Origin: Saprospirales bacterium GYS_P2D | Lineage (GTDB): Bacteria > Bacteroidota > Bacteroidia > Chitinophagales > Saprospiraceae | NCBI GenBank assembly: GCA_009833045.1 | Contig: WUUP01000001.1 | Coordinates: forward strand, 49,440-113,439 | DNA: 64,000 nt | Direction of reading: 5' to 3' | Shown: positions 26,259-36,353 of the stretch, piece after piece | Layout: each line of letters begins with the position of its first letter | Numbering within the stretch: position 1 is the stretch's first letter | Program-made: the position numbers and the translations under genes | Notes under the pieces: model-generated | What the model was told of the DNA's origin: nothing | Database searches by the model: none | The model's input: only the letters and a program-made list of their open reading frames with translations

Positions 26259-29200
26259 TTAATAAAGGCCTATCATATGGAATCCATAGACATCCGACCA
26301 AGCTTCCTGAGCATCAGTACGTGCCACACTGATAGTAAATCCTGCATTCGTGATAGCACCTATCTGATTGATAGATAGATTCACCATAGCTTTAGCACGA
26401 TCGGTGATGATGCCATACGGATTGACCGCCTGCATGATATAACACATACCTACTGAGTCAACATCAGTGAAGCTGTAGCGCACGATCATAGATGCATGCG
26501 CACCCATATCATCTTTATCTACTAAATCCTCTACGATCCAAGTCACTGTACCGAAGCAACTGTCTTGGAATGTGTCAGAATCACCTACCTGTACATTCTT
26601 CCAAGAAGGAATTGGGAATTGAGATTTTTTAGCTGCTGTGCCAGCATCTCCTTTTTCACCTTTCTCGCCCTGAGGACCTTGTGGGCCTATCGGACCTTGT
26701 GCTCCAGTAGGACCTGCTGGGCCGGTGAGGCCTTGCTCGCCTTGCGGACCAGTGGCACCCTGTGGGCCCGCCGGACCAACTGCACCAGTGGCACCTTGTG
26801 GACCTGCTGGGCCAGTAGCACCTTGAGGGCCTGCTGGACCTTGAGGACCTGTCGCTCCTTGTGGACCCGCTGGGCCTACTTCACCTTGTGGGCCTTGTGG
26901 ACCAGTTGGACCTTGTGCTCCCGCTGCTCCAGTCGCACCTTGCGGACCTGTAGGGCCTTGTGCTCCCGCTATACCTTGTGGGCCTGCTGGACCAACCTCG
27001 CCTTGTGGACCTTGTGGGCCAGTAGCTCCCTGAGGACCTGTAAGACCTTGTGCTCCCTGAGGACCTGCTGGACCTTGTGGGCCTGTCTCGCCTTGTGGAC
27101 CCGCTGGACCAACCTCTCCTTGCAATCCTTGAGGACCTTGTTCTCCTTGAGGACCTACAGGGCCTTGTGCACCAGTAGCTCCTTGTGGGCCTGCTGGGCC
27201 TTCTGGACCAGTCGCTCCCTGAGGGCCCGCTGGTCCAACTTCTCCTTGGAGTCCTTGTGGACCAGTAGCACCAGTTTCGCCTTGTGGGCCTTGTGGACCT
27301 GTGGCGCCTTGTGGACCTGCTGAGCCTTGTGGACCCGTTTCACCTTGTGGGCCCGCTGGGCCAACTTCTCCTTGCAACCCTTGTGGGCCCTGCTCTCCTT
27401 GTGGACCTTGTGCTCCAGTAGCGCCTTGTGGGCCTTGAGCTCCTTGTGCACCAGTAGCGCCTTGTGGGCCTGCTGGACCAACTTCTCCTTGTGGACCCTG
27501 TGGGCCAACTGCTCCTTGAAGGCCTTGTGGACCTGTGGATCCTTGCGGACCCGCTGGACCTTCTGGGCCAGTCTCCCCCTGAGGACCTGCAGGACCGACC
27601 TCTCCTTGAAGTCCTTGTGGACCTTGCTCACCCTGTGGACCTACAGCACCAGTTGCGCCAATCTCTCCCTGTGGACCTTGCGGACCAACTTCACCTTGGA
27701 TACCTTGCTCTCCTTGTGGACCCTGTGGGCCTACAGCACCAGTTGCGCCAATCTCTCCCTGTGGACCTTGCGGACCAACTTCACCTTGGATACCTTGCTC
27801 TCCTTGTGGACCCTGTGGGCCAACTTCTCCTTGAATGCCCAGTGGACCTTGAGGACCAGTGGCGCCCGTAGCACCAGTTTCTCCTTGGATGCCTTGCTCG
27901 CCTTGTGGACCCTGTGGACCAACTTCTCCTTGGAGTCCCTGTGGACCTTGTTCTCCTTGTGGACCTTGAGGACCAACTTCTCCTTGAATTCCCTGTGGGC
28001 CTACTTCACCTTGAGGACCTACAGCACCAGTTGCGCCAGTCTCACCCTGTGGACCTTGAGGGCCAGTGGCACCAGTTTCTCCCTGAGGACCTTGTGGACC
28101 AACTTCACCTTGAAGTCCTTGTGGACCTTGAGGACCAGTGGCGCCCGTAGCACCAGTTTCTCCTTGGATGCCTTGCTCTCCTTGCGGACCCTGTGGACCA
28201 ACTTCACCTTGGATACCTTGCTCTCCTTGTGGACCCTGTGGGCCAACTTCACCTTGAAGTCCCTGTGGACCTTGAGGGCCAGTGGCTCCAGTTTCACCAG
28301 TTTCTCCTTGGATACCCTGCTCTCCTTGTGGACCCTGTGGGCCAACTTCACCTTGAAGTCCCTGTGGACCTTGAGGGCCAGTGGCTCCAGTAGCTCCAGT
28401 TTCACCTTGGATACCTTGATCGCCTTGTGGACCCTGTGGGCCAACTTCACCTTGAAGTCCTTGTGGACCTTGCTCGCCCTGTGGACCTTGCTCGCCCTGT
28501 GGACCTTGCTCTCCTTGTGGACCTTGTGGACCAACTTCACCTTGAAGTCCTTGTGGACCTTGAGGACCAGTGGCTCCTGTAGCTCCCGTTTCACCTTGGA
28601 TACCTTGCTCTCCTTGCGGACCCTGTGGGCCAACTTCACCTTGAAGTCCCTGTGGGCCTTGTTCACCTTGTGGGCCGACAGCGCCAGTGGCACCAGTCTC
28701 GCCTTGCGGACCTTGTGGACCAACTTCTCCTTGAAGTCCTTGTGGACCTTGAGGACCAGTGGCTCCTGTAGCACCAGTTTCTCCTTGGATACCTTGCTCT
28801 CCTTGCGGACCCTGTGGGCCAACTTCACCTTGAAGTCCCTGTGGACCTTGAGGGCCAGTGGCTCCCGTAGCTCCAGTTTCACCTTGGATACCTTGATCGC
28901 CTTGTGGACCCTGTGGGCCAACCTCGCCTTGAATTCCTTGTGGACCTTGCTCACCCTGTGGGCCTTGAGGACCTACAGCGCCAGTGGCACCAGTTGCTCC
29001 AGTCTCGCCTTGCGGACCCTGTGGTCCAACCTCACCTTGAAGTCCTTGTGGACCTTGGGGACCTTGAGGACCTGCGGCCCCTGTAGCACCAGTTTCTCCT
29101 TGGATACCTTGTTCTCCCTGTGGACCCTGCTCACCCTGTGGGCCAACTTCACCTTGGATACCACGCTCTCCTTGTTCACCCTGTGGGCCTTGAGGACCTA

Positions 29201-30917
29201 CTGCACCAGTGGCGCCAGTCTCTCCTTGTGGACCTTGTGGACCAACTTCTCCTTGGATGCCCTGTGGACCTTGTTCTCCCTGTGGGCCTTGAGGACCTAC
29301 TGCACCAGTGGCACCAGTCTCGCCCTGAGGACCCTGTGGACCCTGTGGTCCAACCTCGCCTTGAAGTCCCTGTGGACCTTGAGGACCAGTGGCTCCCGTA
29401 GCTCCAGTTTCTCCTTGCGGACCTTGTGAGCCAACTTCACCTTGGATACCCTGTGGACCTTGTTCTCCTTGTGGGCCGACAGCGCCAGTGGCACCAGTTG
29501 CTCCAGTCTCGCCTTGCGGACCCTGTGGACCTTGAGGACCAGTGGCTCCCGTAGCTCCAGTTTCTCCCTGAGGACCCTGTGGACCAACTTCACCTTGAAG
29601 TCCTTGTGGACCTTGAGGACCCTGTGGGCCTACCTCGCCTTGAAGTCCCTGTGGACCTTGCGGGCCGACTTCTCCTTGAATTCCTTGTGGGCCTTGCTCA
29701 CCTTGAGCGCCAGTCTCGCCTTGTGGGCCTTGCGGTCCTGCAATTCCTTGTGGGCCTTGTGGGCCTGTTGCACCTTGTGATCCTGCAGGACCTTGAGGAC
29801 CAGCTTCCCCTTGAGGACCTACTGGGCCTTGGATTCCTGCGACACCCTGTGGTCCTTGAGGACCTGTAGCTCCTTGTGCTCCAACTGGGCCTTGAGGGCC
29901 GACAGCGCCAGTGGCACCAGTCTCTCCTTGTGGACCCTGTGGGCCAACTTCCCCTTGGATTCCCTGAGGACCTTGCTCCCCTTGCGGGCCTTGAGGACCG
30001 ATAGCACCAGTGGCGCCAGTATCTCCTTGCGGACCTTGTGGGCCAACTTCACCTTGAAGCCCCTGTGGTCCTTGAGCACCAGTGGCGCCAGTAGCACCAG
30101 TTTCTCCTTGAATACCTTGTTCTCCTTGCGGACCCTGTGGTCCAACTTCACCTTGGACACCTTGCGGACCAGTGGCTCCAGTGGCTCCAGTGGCTCCAGT
30201 TGCTCCTATTAATGAAACTAAGAAGTCAGCTTCTGTTCCTTGATTGCCATTTTTCAACCATACCTCATATGCACTTATTCCAGCAGTACCTTGAACACCT
30301 CTTGGTCCCTCAATCCCTTGTGGGCCTGCAGGACCTTGGATACCTTGTTCTCCTTTAGGCCCCTCTGGACCCTGAGCACCTTGAGCACCAGCTACACCCT
30401 GAGGTCCTTGCTCGCCCTGTGGGCCAGCTGGGCCTTGGATACCTTGTGGTCCTTGTTCGCCTTGTGCTCCTGCTGGACCTTGCATGCCACGTGGACCTTC
30501 TGGACCGGCCGGACCTTGCTCACCTTGTGGTCCTTGTGGACCTACAGTACCAGCAGTATCGATACCCATCATTGTCAGCCAAGAATTGTCAATCAAACAA
30601 TCCCAATATGGATCTTCAGGCGGTCCAAGATTCACTTGAACACAGCTCTCAGTGAGATTGAATATTATCGCACCAGTCAATGGTGTCGGTATGAGATCTC
30701 GCTGCTCAGAGGTCATACGTGTAGGCACGAATGCCTGCGTAGTACTCTCGAGCTCGAGAATAGAACCATCATCTATATCGGCAGGGTCCCCTCCCAATTT
30801 TAGCTGCGCAGAAGCTGAAAACGCTAAAAGCAAGCTCATAGATAATAGTAAAACGGATCGTCTAAATCGGCTAATAAGCGCCTGATCAGACGATGTAAAT
30901 AGTAAGTTTTTCGTCAT
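26259..30917 (-). CDS. giant secreted collagen-like (Gly-X-Y triple-helix repeat) protein
   Basis: 1552 aa; signal peptide; about 95-aa N-domain; about 1300 aa of GXY triplets rich in P/Q/E/T/A; 126-aa Cys-containing C-terminal domain; ATG and frame verified. Confidence 0.85.
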   Translation of the reverse strand: MTKNLLFTSSDQALISRFRRSVLLLSMSLLLAFSASAQLKLGGDPADIDDGSILELESTTQAFVPTRMTSEQRDLIPTPLTGAIIFNLTESCVQVNLGPPEDPYWDCLIDNSWLTMMGIDTAGTVGPQGPQGEQGPAGPEGPRGMQGPAGAQGEQGPQGIQGPAGPQGEQGPQGVAGAQGAQGPEGPKGEQGIQGPAGPQGIEGPRGVQGTAGISAYEVWLKNGNQGTEADFLVSLIGATGATGATGATGPQGVQGEVGPQGPQGEQGIQGETGATGATGAQGPQGLQGEVGPQGPQGDTGATGAIGPQGPQGEQGPQGIQGEVGPQGPQGETGATGAVGPQGPVGAQGATGPQGPQGVAGIQGPVGPQGEAGPQGPAGSQGATGPQGPQGIAGPQGPQGETGAQGEQGPQGIQGEVGPQGPQGLQGEVGPQGPQGPQGLQGEVGPQGPQGETGATGATGPQGPQGPQGETGATGATGAVGPQGEQGPQGIQGEVGSQGPQGETGATGATGPQGPQGLQGEVGPQGPQGPQGETGATGAVGPQGPQGEQGPQGIQGEVGPQGPQGETGATGAVGPQGPQGEQGERGIQGEVGPQGEQGPQGEQGIQGETGATGAAGPQGPQGPQGLQGEVGPQGPQGETGATGATGAVGPQGPQGEQGPQGIQGEVGPQGPQGDQGIQGETGATGATGPQGPQGLQGEVGPQGPQGEQGIQGETGATGATGPQGPQGLQGEVGPQGPQGETGATGAVGPQGEQGPQGLQGEVGPQGPQGEQGIQGETGATGATGPQGPQGLQGEVGPQGPQGEQGPQGEQGPQGEQGPQGLQGEVGPQGPQGDQGIQGETGATGATGPQGPQGLQGEVGPQGPQGEQGIQGETGETGATGPQGPQGLQGEVGPQGPQGEQGIQGEVGPQGPQGEQGIQGETGATGATGPQGPQGLQGEVGPQGPQGETGATGPQGPQGETGATGAVGPQGEVGPQGIQGEVGPQGPQGEQGPQGLQGEVGPQGPQGEQGIQGETGATGATGPQGPLGIQGEVGPQGPQGEQGIQGEVGPQGPQGEIGATGAVGPQGPQGEQGIQGEVGPQGPQGEIGATGAVGPQGEQGPQGLQGEVGPAGPQGETGPEGPAGPQGSTGPQGLQGAVGPQGPQGEVGPAGPQGATGAQGAQGPQGATGAQGPQGEQGPQGLQGEVGPAGPQGETGPQGSAGPQGATGPQGPQGETGATGPQGLQGEVGPAGPQGATGPEGPAGPQGATGAQGPVGPQGEQGPQGLQGEVGPAGPQGETGPQGPAGPQGAQGLTGPQGATGPQGPQGEVGPAGPQGIAGAQGPTGPQGATGAAGAQGPTGPQGPQGEVGPAGPQGATGPQGPAGPQGATGPAGPQGATGAVGPAGPQGATGPQGEQGLTGPAGPTGAQGPIGPQGPQGEKGEKGDAGTAAKKSQFPIPSWKNVQVGDSDTFQDSCFGTVTWIVEDLVDKDDMGAHASMIVRYSFTDVDSVGMCYIMQAVNPYGIITDRAKAMVNLSINQIGAITNAGFTISVARTDAQEAWSDVYGFHMIGLY
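26642..30545. repeat. coding low-complexity region: about 430 tandem 9-nt (GXY) triplets with higher-order about 90-99-bp periodicity
   Basis: visible as recurring GGxCCxTGxGG units on the plus strand; spawns many spurious ORFs in other frames. Confidence 0.85.
27641..27820. repeat. perfect 2 x 90-bp tandem duplication inside the collagen-like gene
   Basis: 27641-27730 identical to 27731-27820 (ctacagcaccagttgcgccaatctctccctgtggaccttgcggaccaacttcaccttggataccttgctctccttgtggaccctgtgggc); both copies are in-frame 30-aa units. Confidence 0.9.
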
Positions 30918-31162
30918 TTGAGTCGATTTACTTATAAGAATGTTAGAAGATAAAAATGTTATTCATTCCAATGCACGCTTTTGACACTGGCTCGGTAGCT
31001 GGGACTACTGATTTCAGACATGATCAACTGGGGATGGGCAAGATAACTCGATATATAGAAATTTTCCTATGTTTTACGGATAATCATTTTGTTAAAAAAA
31101 TAACTACCGAACAATTGAATTTCACAATATTTAATTCTCTCAAAACTATAGACGTGCAAAAG

Positions 31163-31192
31163 AAAAAAAGGCCACCTACTGGCGACCTTTTT
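31163..31192 (-). terminator. weak hairpin flanked by A7/T5 downstream of flotillin gene
   Basis: AAAAAAA-GGCCACCTACTGGCGACC-TTTTT; only a 4-5 bp stem. Confidence 0.3.
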
Positions 31193-31228
31193 ATGACTCA
31201 AATAAGAGATTTTAACATATATAGACGA

Positions 31229-32773
31229 CTATTCTGACTCTTCCTTAGACTCGACCACTACGCCCTCAGCCGTCTCCTTGCCTAAGTATCCTGGGAGATC
31301 CATACCCGCCATATCGAATAGGTCATTGAGTGGAGGGACAGACTTATAAAGTCCTGAGATAAATTTGGAAGTAGAGTTGCCCCCATCAGCTGACTCCGAT
31401 CCATTTTCCCATACTGTGACCTTATCGATCTTAATATTCTTAATGGCTTCCACCTGCGTCTTAACGAGTTCTGGAAGCTTGTCGGCTATGAGCATAAGTA
31501 CCGCCTCTCGAGGATTACCATTAGTCGCATTCACGATTTGATTGAATCCATCAGCTTGCTTCTTTAGTATTTCAAACATCCCGTCTGCTTCTGCTTTCTT
31601 CTGCAAGAATAAGGCTTCAGCCTCCCCTTTAGCTATTCTTCTTATTTTCTCAGCTTCAGCTTCAGCTTCAATCTCAACTCTTCGTTTTTCGATCTCGGAC
31701 TGGACCAAAACATCTGCCTCCTGAGATGCCTTTTCTTTAGCGGCACGTGCTAATTCTGCAGCCGTCTCTGCCTTGAAGGCCTCTTCAAGGGCATTAGCCT
31801 TTTGAATTTTTTCTGAGGCTGTAGCCAATTTTTCTGCTTCTGCCTCTCGCTGTCTACGCTCAGCATTGGATTTGGCGATCATGATTTGTGCCTCATTCTC
31901 TCCCTCCACAGCTTTTGCTTTGGCACTCGCCTCACCTATTCTGGCTTCTGATTCTGCTTCAGATCTACGGATTCGCTCAAATCTCTGTGCATCAGCTTCA
32001 CCAGCTTCTGCCTCCGAATTAGCCGTAGCTACTTGTATTCTTTGTAATTTCTGAGCTTCGGCTTCACCAATTTGGGCCCGAGAATCTGCCTCTGACACCT
32101 TTACTCTCTGATCCTGCATGGCTTCTGCCTGTCCGATAGCTCCATCTCTGTCTTTCTCAGCGACGCTCTTTTTTGCATCATTTATCGCTTTGGCTGCAGC
32201 CTCCTTACCTAATGCCTCTATATAACCAGACTCATCTTGGATATCAGTGACATTAACATTGATTAGCTCTAAGCCAATTTTTTTAAGTTCTGAGCCGACA
32301 TTTTGAGAAACATTCGAAAGAAATTTATCTCTATCTGCATTAATTTCTTCGATATCCATAGTCGCCACGACCAGCCTCAACTGACCAAAGATGATGTCCT
32401 TCGCATTTTCTCTAATTTCACTGATTGACTTATCCAATAATCTATTGGCAGCATTCTGCATAACACCATCAATTCTGGAGATTGCTACAGTAAACCTGGA
32501 AGGCACGTTCACTCGTATATTTTGTTTACTCAATGCGCCTTGTAAGTCCACGTCTAAAGAGATGGGAGATAAATCCATAAAAGAGTACCCCTGGATGACA
32601 GGCCATACAAATGCCGCTCCACCGGCCACACATTTGGCCGAACCATGACCTGACTTTCCATAAATAACTAAGATTTTGTCGGAAGGACAGATCTTATACC
32701 GACTGATCAATAGCATGACCGCAGCTACGACAATGAAGACTCCTAATCCGATTAAAACAAGAGATAATTCCAT
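31229..32773 (-). CDS. flotillin-like SPFH/band-7 protein (YqiK-type)
   Basis: 514 aa; N-terminal TM, SPFH domain, then about 200 aa of EA-rich coiled coil (AEAEAQKLQR..., EAEAEAEKIRR). Confidence 0.8.
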   Translation of the reverse strand: MELSLVLIGLGVFIVVAAVMLLISRYKICPSDKILVIYGKSGHGSAKCVAGGAAFVWPVIQGYSFMDLSPISLDVDLQGALSKQNIRVNVPSRFTVAISRIDGVMQNAANRLLDKSISEIRENAKDIIFGQLRLVVATMDIEEINADRDKFLSNVSQNVGSELKKIGLELINVNVTDIQDESGYIEALGKEAAAKAINDAKKSVAEKDRDGAIGQAEAMQDQRVKVSEADSRAQIGEAEAQKLQRIQVATANSEAEAGEADAQRFERIRRSEAESEARIGEASAKAKAVEGENEAQIMIAKSNAERRQREAEAEKLATASEKIQKANALEEAFKAETAAELARAAKEKASQEADVLVQSEIEKRRVEIEAEAEAEKIRRIAKGEAEALFLQKKAEADGMFEILKKQADGFNQIVNATNGNPREAVLMLIADKLPELVKTQVEAIKNIKIDKVTVWENGSESADGGNSTSKFISGLYKSVPPLNDLFDMAGMDLPGYLGKETAEGVVVESKEESE

Positions 32774-32849
32774 AGTAATTGATTTTATACGTTTTTATAT
32801 AATAGTGCACTCTCACTGATGAGCGCTATAGATTTTATCAGTGCATGCC

Positions 32850-33413
32850 TTAAATAGGCTCTACGAGCATGACATTCTCACGATCCACATTTTTCACTCG
32901 TACTATAGAGCCTGTCAGTATAGTCGAGTCTGCCGTCACAGCATCAAACTCCATCATCTTACCCTCGACATCCACATGTATTTTGCCGATCCCCTCTTTA
33001 TGACCAGGAATAGTCAAGTAGACTTCTGCCTCTCTCGAGATCGCACTCTTGACATCTACCGTGCCTGACTCTTGAAGCTGTAGCAACTTGAAAAACACGT
33101 AGGCTATAGCTACCATCGCTAAAAATCCGATCAAAAATGCAATCATAAGCGCCTGAGGTGGACGCAGTCCCGATGCCAAAGCTGCCACGCCTCCCCAGCC
33201 AAAGAATACGAAAAAAGCAATCACACTCCTCACGCTGAATACCGAAAAGCCAGTATCTAAATCATCGACATCAAAATCTACATCACTGTCGAGTCCGATC
33301 AAAGTCAATGTCGTCTGGATGATAAAAATCGCAGAAGCGACTATCGCAATACCCCAGTATATCTGCTCAGCGGAAGACAGTGCCTCCCACCATGTTGTGA
33401 TTGATAAGATCAT
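32850..33413 (-). CDS. NfeD-like membrane protein (YqiJ-type partner of flotillin)
   Basis: 187 aa; 3-4 TM helices then C-terminal OB-fold-like soluble domain; directly upstream and co-directional with flotillin. Confidence 0.65.
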   Translation of the reverse strand: MILSITTWWEALSSAEQIYWGIAIVASAIFIIQTTLTLIGLDSDVDFDVDDLDTGFSVFSVRSVIAFFVFFGWGGVAALASGLRPPQALMIAFLIGFLAMVAIAYVFFKLLQLQESGTVDVKSAISREAEVYLTIPGHKEGIGKIHVDVEGKMMEFDAVTADSTILTGSIVRVKNVDRENVMLVEPI

Positions 33414-33820
33414 AATTCCCCATTTTAAAGTTCACTAATACTAACCTTAAGATTTCCTTAACCATTCATCATGGCGTCAAAATATCGACTAATGAAGAGA
33501 GAACATCGACAATACTCTTCAAAACCCTGTAACATATTTTGCCAATGGCATCAAATATCGCACTAAGCATCACATATCATCGATGAACAAGGAATAATAT
33601 TTGGTTAAATCTTCCTGATCAACAGTTATTCTTTGTTGTATCATTCGTAGAGATATAGAGCCTTTTCGTCGAGAGCGGTCTGTATATAGAACCGTTGATC
33701 GACTACATAGTCCGATATATGTATCTATTCGTATTTCTTATCAATGCAGTGATCGGTTTTAAGAAGCACTTAACGGGAGCGCTTTTTTATATTTGTGCGA
33801 ATAATTAAAACCCTATACGA

Positions 33821-35425
33821 GTGGCAGTACTGATCTACTTTATTGTTTTTTACATTCTCCTATCACTGAGCATGTATTTGTTATTCCCAAAAATGGGAAT
33901 CGAAAGCTGGAAAGGGCTGGTACCTGTCCTCAACTTCATGGAGCTCTCTGAGAAGGTCGGGCGCTCTCGCTGGTATGGATTGCTCTTCTTAGTCCCGATT
34001 GTTGCTTTTTTCATCGTGGCAGGATTGGCTGTGGCTACAGTACGTAGTTTTGGCAGAGATTCATTTGGCGAAGCAGCTCTGGCGGTGATCTATCCACCGA
34101 TCAGCTTTTATCGCCTCGCTAAAGATGAAAGCGCTAAGTACGAAGGCCCAATCATCGCTAAAGAGAAAGAGTATCAACAAAAAATAGTCGAGGCTAAAAA
34201 AGCGGGCAACAAAGGACAGTACCAAAAACTCATCGAGAGAAATCCGTATGCCAAGAATGACTTCAGAGAGTGGGTCGAGTCTATTGTGTTTGCAGTATTT
34301 GCAGCTGCATTTATCAGAATGTTTTTAATCGAAGCCTATGTGATCCCTACTCCATCAATGGAAGGCTCATTATTAGTCGGTGATTTCTTATTCGTCAGTA
34401 AGATGAGCTATGGTATCCGTACTCCACAGACTGTAGCGATGGTGCCTCTCCTACACAATAGAGTGCCAGGTCTCGGTACAGAGTCATACTTCAAGAAGCC
34501 ATCACTACCATACTATAGATTACCTGCACTGTCTAAAGTCAAAAGAAATGACCCGATAGTATTCAATTGGCCAGTGGGAGATAGTGTATATATCACGAGT
34601 CGTCGTAGCTATACCGTAGGCCAAGTGAATAGAGATCTGAATAACTACATCAGTCAAGATCCTGAGCTCCGTCAAAAAGTTCAGCGAAAAGATTATGTAG
34701 TAAGGCCTAACGATAAAAAAGATCACTATATAAAGAGATGCATAGGAGCACCGGGAGATAGCCTCCAGATCATCAATCGCCAGGTATATATAAACGGCCA
34801 GCCAGGTGAAAATCCAGAGAATATACAATTCACCTATCTCTCAAATCTCAATGGCACAAATGTCACCCGCAGAGACCTGGAGAAAGTCGGCCTTTCTCCA
34901 TCGGACTTTGGTATACAACAAAATGGTCAAGCCTACATGGTACTGACAGATGCTGAAAAACAGGCGATTAAGGCTATTGATAACAAAGTACAATTCACTA
35001 ATTACCCATTCCAATCAAGACCAAAGGAGCTTTTCCCGCATGATCCTCAGCACTTCCCCAAGTGGACAGTGGACAATTATGGGCCAATATGGGTGCCCGC
35101 TAAAGGCGCTACCACTACTCTGACACCACAAAACATAGCACTCTATCGCCGGATAATCAGTGTATATGAAGGCAATGATCTGGAGGTGAAAAATGGACAG
35201 ATCTTCATCAATGGAGAGCAAACTAACCAATATACATTCAAGCAGGACTACTATTGGGCGATGGGTGACAATAGGCACAACTCAGAAGACTCAAGGATGT
35301 GGGGGTTTGTGCCATTTGATCATATGGTCGGAAAGCCGCTATTCATTTGGTTTAGCACCAAAGATGGTAGCTTATTCAATGGTATCAGATGGAATCGTAT
35401 ATTTAAGTCAGCCACTAAAGACTAA
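33821..35425 (+). CDS. lepB: signal peptidase I (long Bacteroidota-type)
   Basis: 534 aa; catalytic Ser box PTPSMEGSLLVGDFLFVSK, box D/E GDNRHNSEDSRMWGFVP. Confidence 0.8.
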   Translation: MAVLIYFIVFYILLSLSMYLLFPKMGIESWKGLVPVLNFMELSEKVGRSRWYGLLFLVPIVAFFIVAGLAVATVRSFGRDSFGEAALAVIYPPISFYRLAKDESAKYEGPIIAKEKEYQQKIVEAKKAGNKGQYQKLIERNPYAKNDFREWVESIVFAVFAAAFIRMFLIEAYVIPTPSMEGSLLVGDFLFVSKMSYGIRTPQTVAMVPLLHNRVPGLGTESYFKKPSLPYYRLPALSKVKRNDPIVFNWPVGDSVYITSRRSYTVGQVNRDLNNYISQDPELRQKVQRKDYVVRPNDKKDHYIKRCIGAPGDSLQIINRQVYINGQPGENPENIQFTYLSNLNGTNVTRRDLEKVGLSPSDFGIQQNGQAYMVLTDAEKQAIKAIDNKVQFTNYPFQSRPKELFPHDPQHFPKWTVDNYGPIWVPAKGATTTLTPQNIALYRRIISVYEGNDLEVKNGQIFINGEQTNQYTFKQDYYWAMGDNRHNSEDSRMWGFVPFDHMVGKPLFIWFSTKDGSLFNGIRWNRIFKSATKD

Positions 35426-35433
35426 TCTCTGAT

Positions 35434-36315
35434 ATGCAAAAAACGATCTACTCTTGGCTGATCCTATTGATCAGCCTTAGCCTATCTGCTCAGCTTCCCA
35501 CGACTAATATTGTAGTCCTCGACATGTCCATTAATGGAGCTGACGAAGTCATGCTGAGTGATCCGACTTTTGCTACCTCATTCAATAAATCTGGATATAA
35601 TAATCAACCATTTTTCGTCTCAGATGATGAGCTACTCATCACGAGCAACTATGATGCGCTGGGCCTGACAGACGTGTATAAACTCAAACTCGGCAGCCAA
35701 AAACTATCTCGCATCACTGCCACAGAAGAAAGCGAATACTCTCCTGTAAAGTACAAAAAGGACAAATACTCCGTGGTACGACAGGAGCTGGATGATAGTC
35801 AGCCTGTGCCGCAGACGCTCTGGAGTTATCCGACTGATCAGAAAAGCTTTGGTGAGCGACTATTAGATAGATATGACAATATCGGCTACTATGAGTGGCT
35901 ACCTAATGATCAGATCGCATTATTCTTAGTAGGTGATCCTCATAAATTGATATTAGTGGACTTAGCGTCGAATAGAGAGACCTTCGTCAGCTACAATGTC
36001 GGTCGAGCCCTGAAGTATGACGGTAAGGGCGGCCTATACTATGTCCAAAAACTGGGGTCATCATGGACGATCAGAAAACAAGATCTCGAAGATGACATAT
36101 CTAAGTATATTGTAAATACGCTAAAAGAAAGCGAAGACTTTGAGGTACTCCCAAATGGCGCCTTAATCTCTGCACAAGGCAGTAAACTCTACTCTTATCA
36201 TCCTAATACCGGTAGACAATGGGTAGAAATCATGGATCTGGCACCTTACGGCATCGATAAAATCACTCGTATCGCTGCTCACGACAAAAAATTAGCCATC
36301 GTCATCTCCGAATAG
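35434..36315 (+). CDS. secreted hypothetical protein (beta-propeller-like)
   Basis: 293 aa; signal peptide. Confidence 0.4.
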   Translation: MQKTIYSWLILLISLSLSAQLPTTNIVVLDMSINGADEVMLSDPTFATSFNKSGYNNQPFFVSDDELLITSNYDALGLTDVYKLKLGSQKLSRITATEESEYSPVKYKKDKYSVVRQELDDSQPVPQTLWSYPTDQKSFGERLLDRYDNIGYYEWLPNDQIALFLVGDPHKLILVDLASNRETFVSYNVGRALKYDGKGGLYYVQKLGSSWTIRKQDLEDDISKYIVNTLKESEDFEVLPNGALISAQGSKLYSYHPNTGRQWVEIMDLAPYGIDKITRIAAHDKKLAIVISE

Positions 36316-36353
36316 ATACGCAATAAGTCCGATTATTGCGTTAATAAGAAAGT

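Noticed and set aside
26642-30545. Regular short-period repeats that could be mistaken for a CRISPR array
   Set aside because: The period is 9 nt/90 nt with no unique spacers, the repeats are imperfect and lie inside one continuous ORF. No cas genes are nearby.
26565-30803. Many ORFs in other frames and on the plus strand across the collagen gene, including a 700-aa ORF 27327-29429 (+) reading LWTLRTSG...
   Set aside because: They are artefacts of the Gly-X-Y codon repeat (GGN CCN CAG and its complement have few stops in several frames). Their translations are low-complexity Leu/Trp/Thr or His/Lys strings with no start context. The minus-strand collagen frame is the only one with a signal peptide and coherent domains.
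26259-30917. Collagen-like protein as a prophage tail fibre
   Set aside because: No capsid, terminase, tail, integrase or lysis genes within 20 kb either side. The flanks are housekeeping genes (udk, flotillin).
30956-31237. 93-aa ORF between the collagen and flotillin genes
   Set aside because: It lies in the promoter/terminator region on the opposite strand, with AT-rich non-coding composition and no domain.
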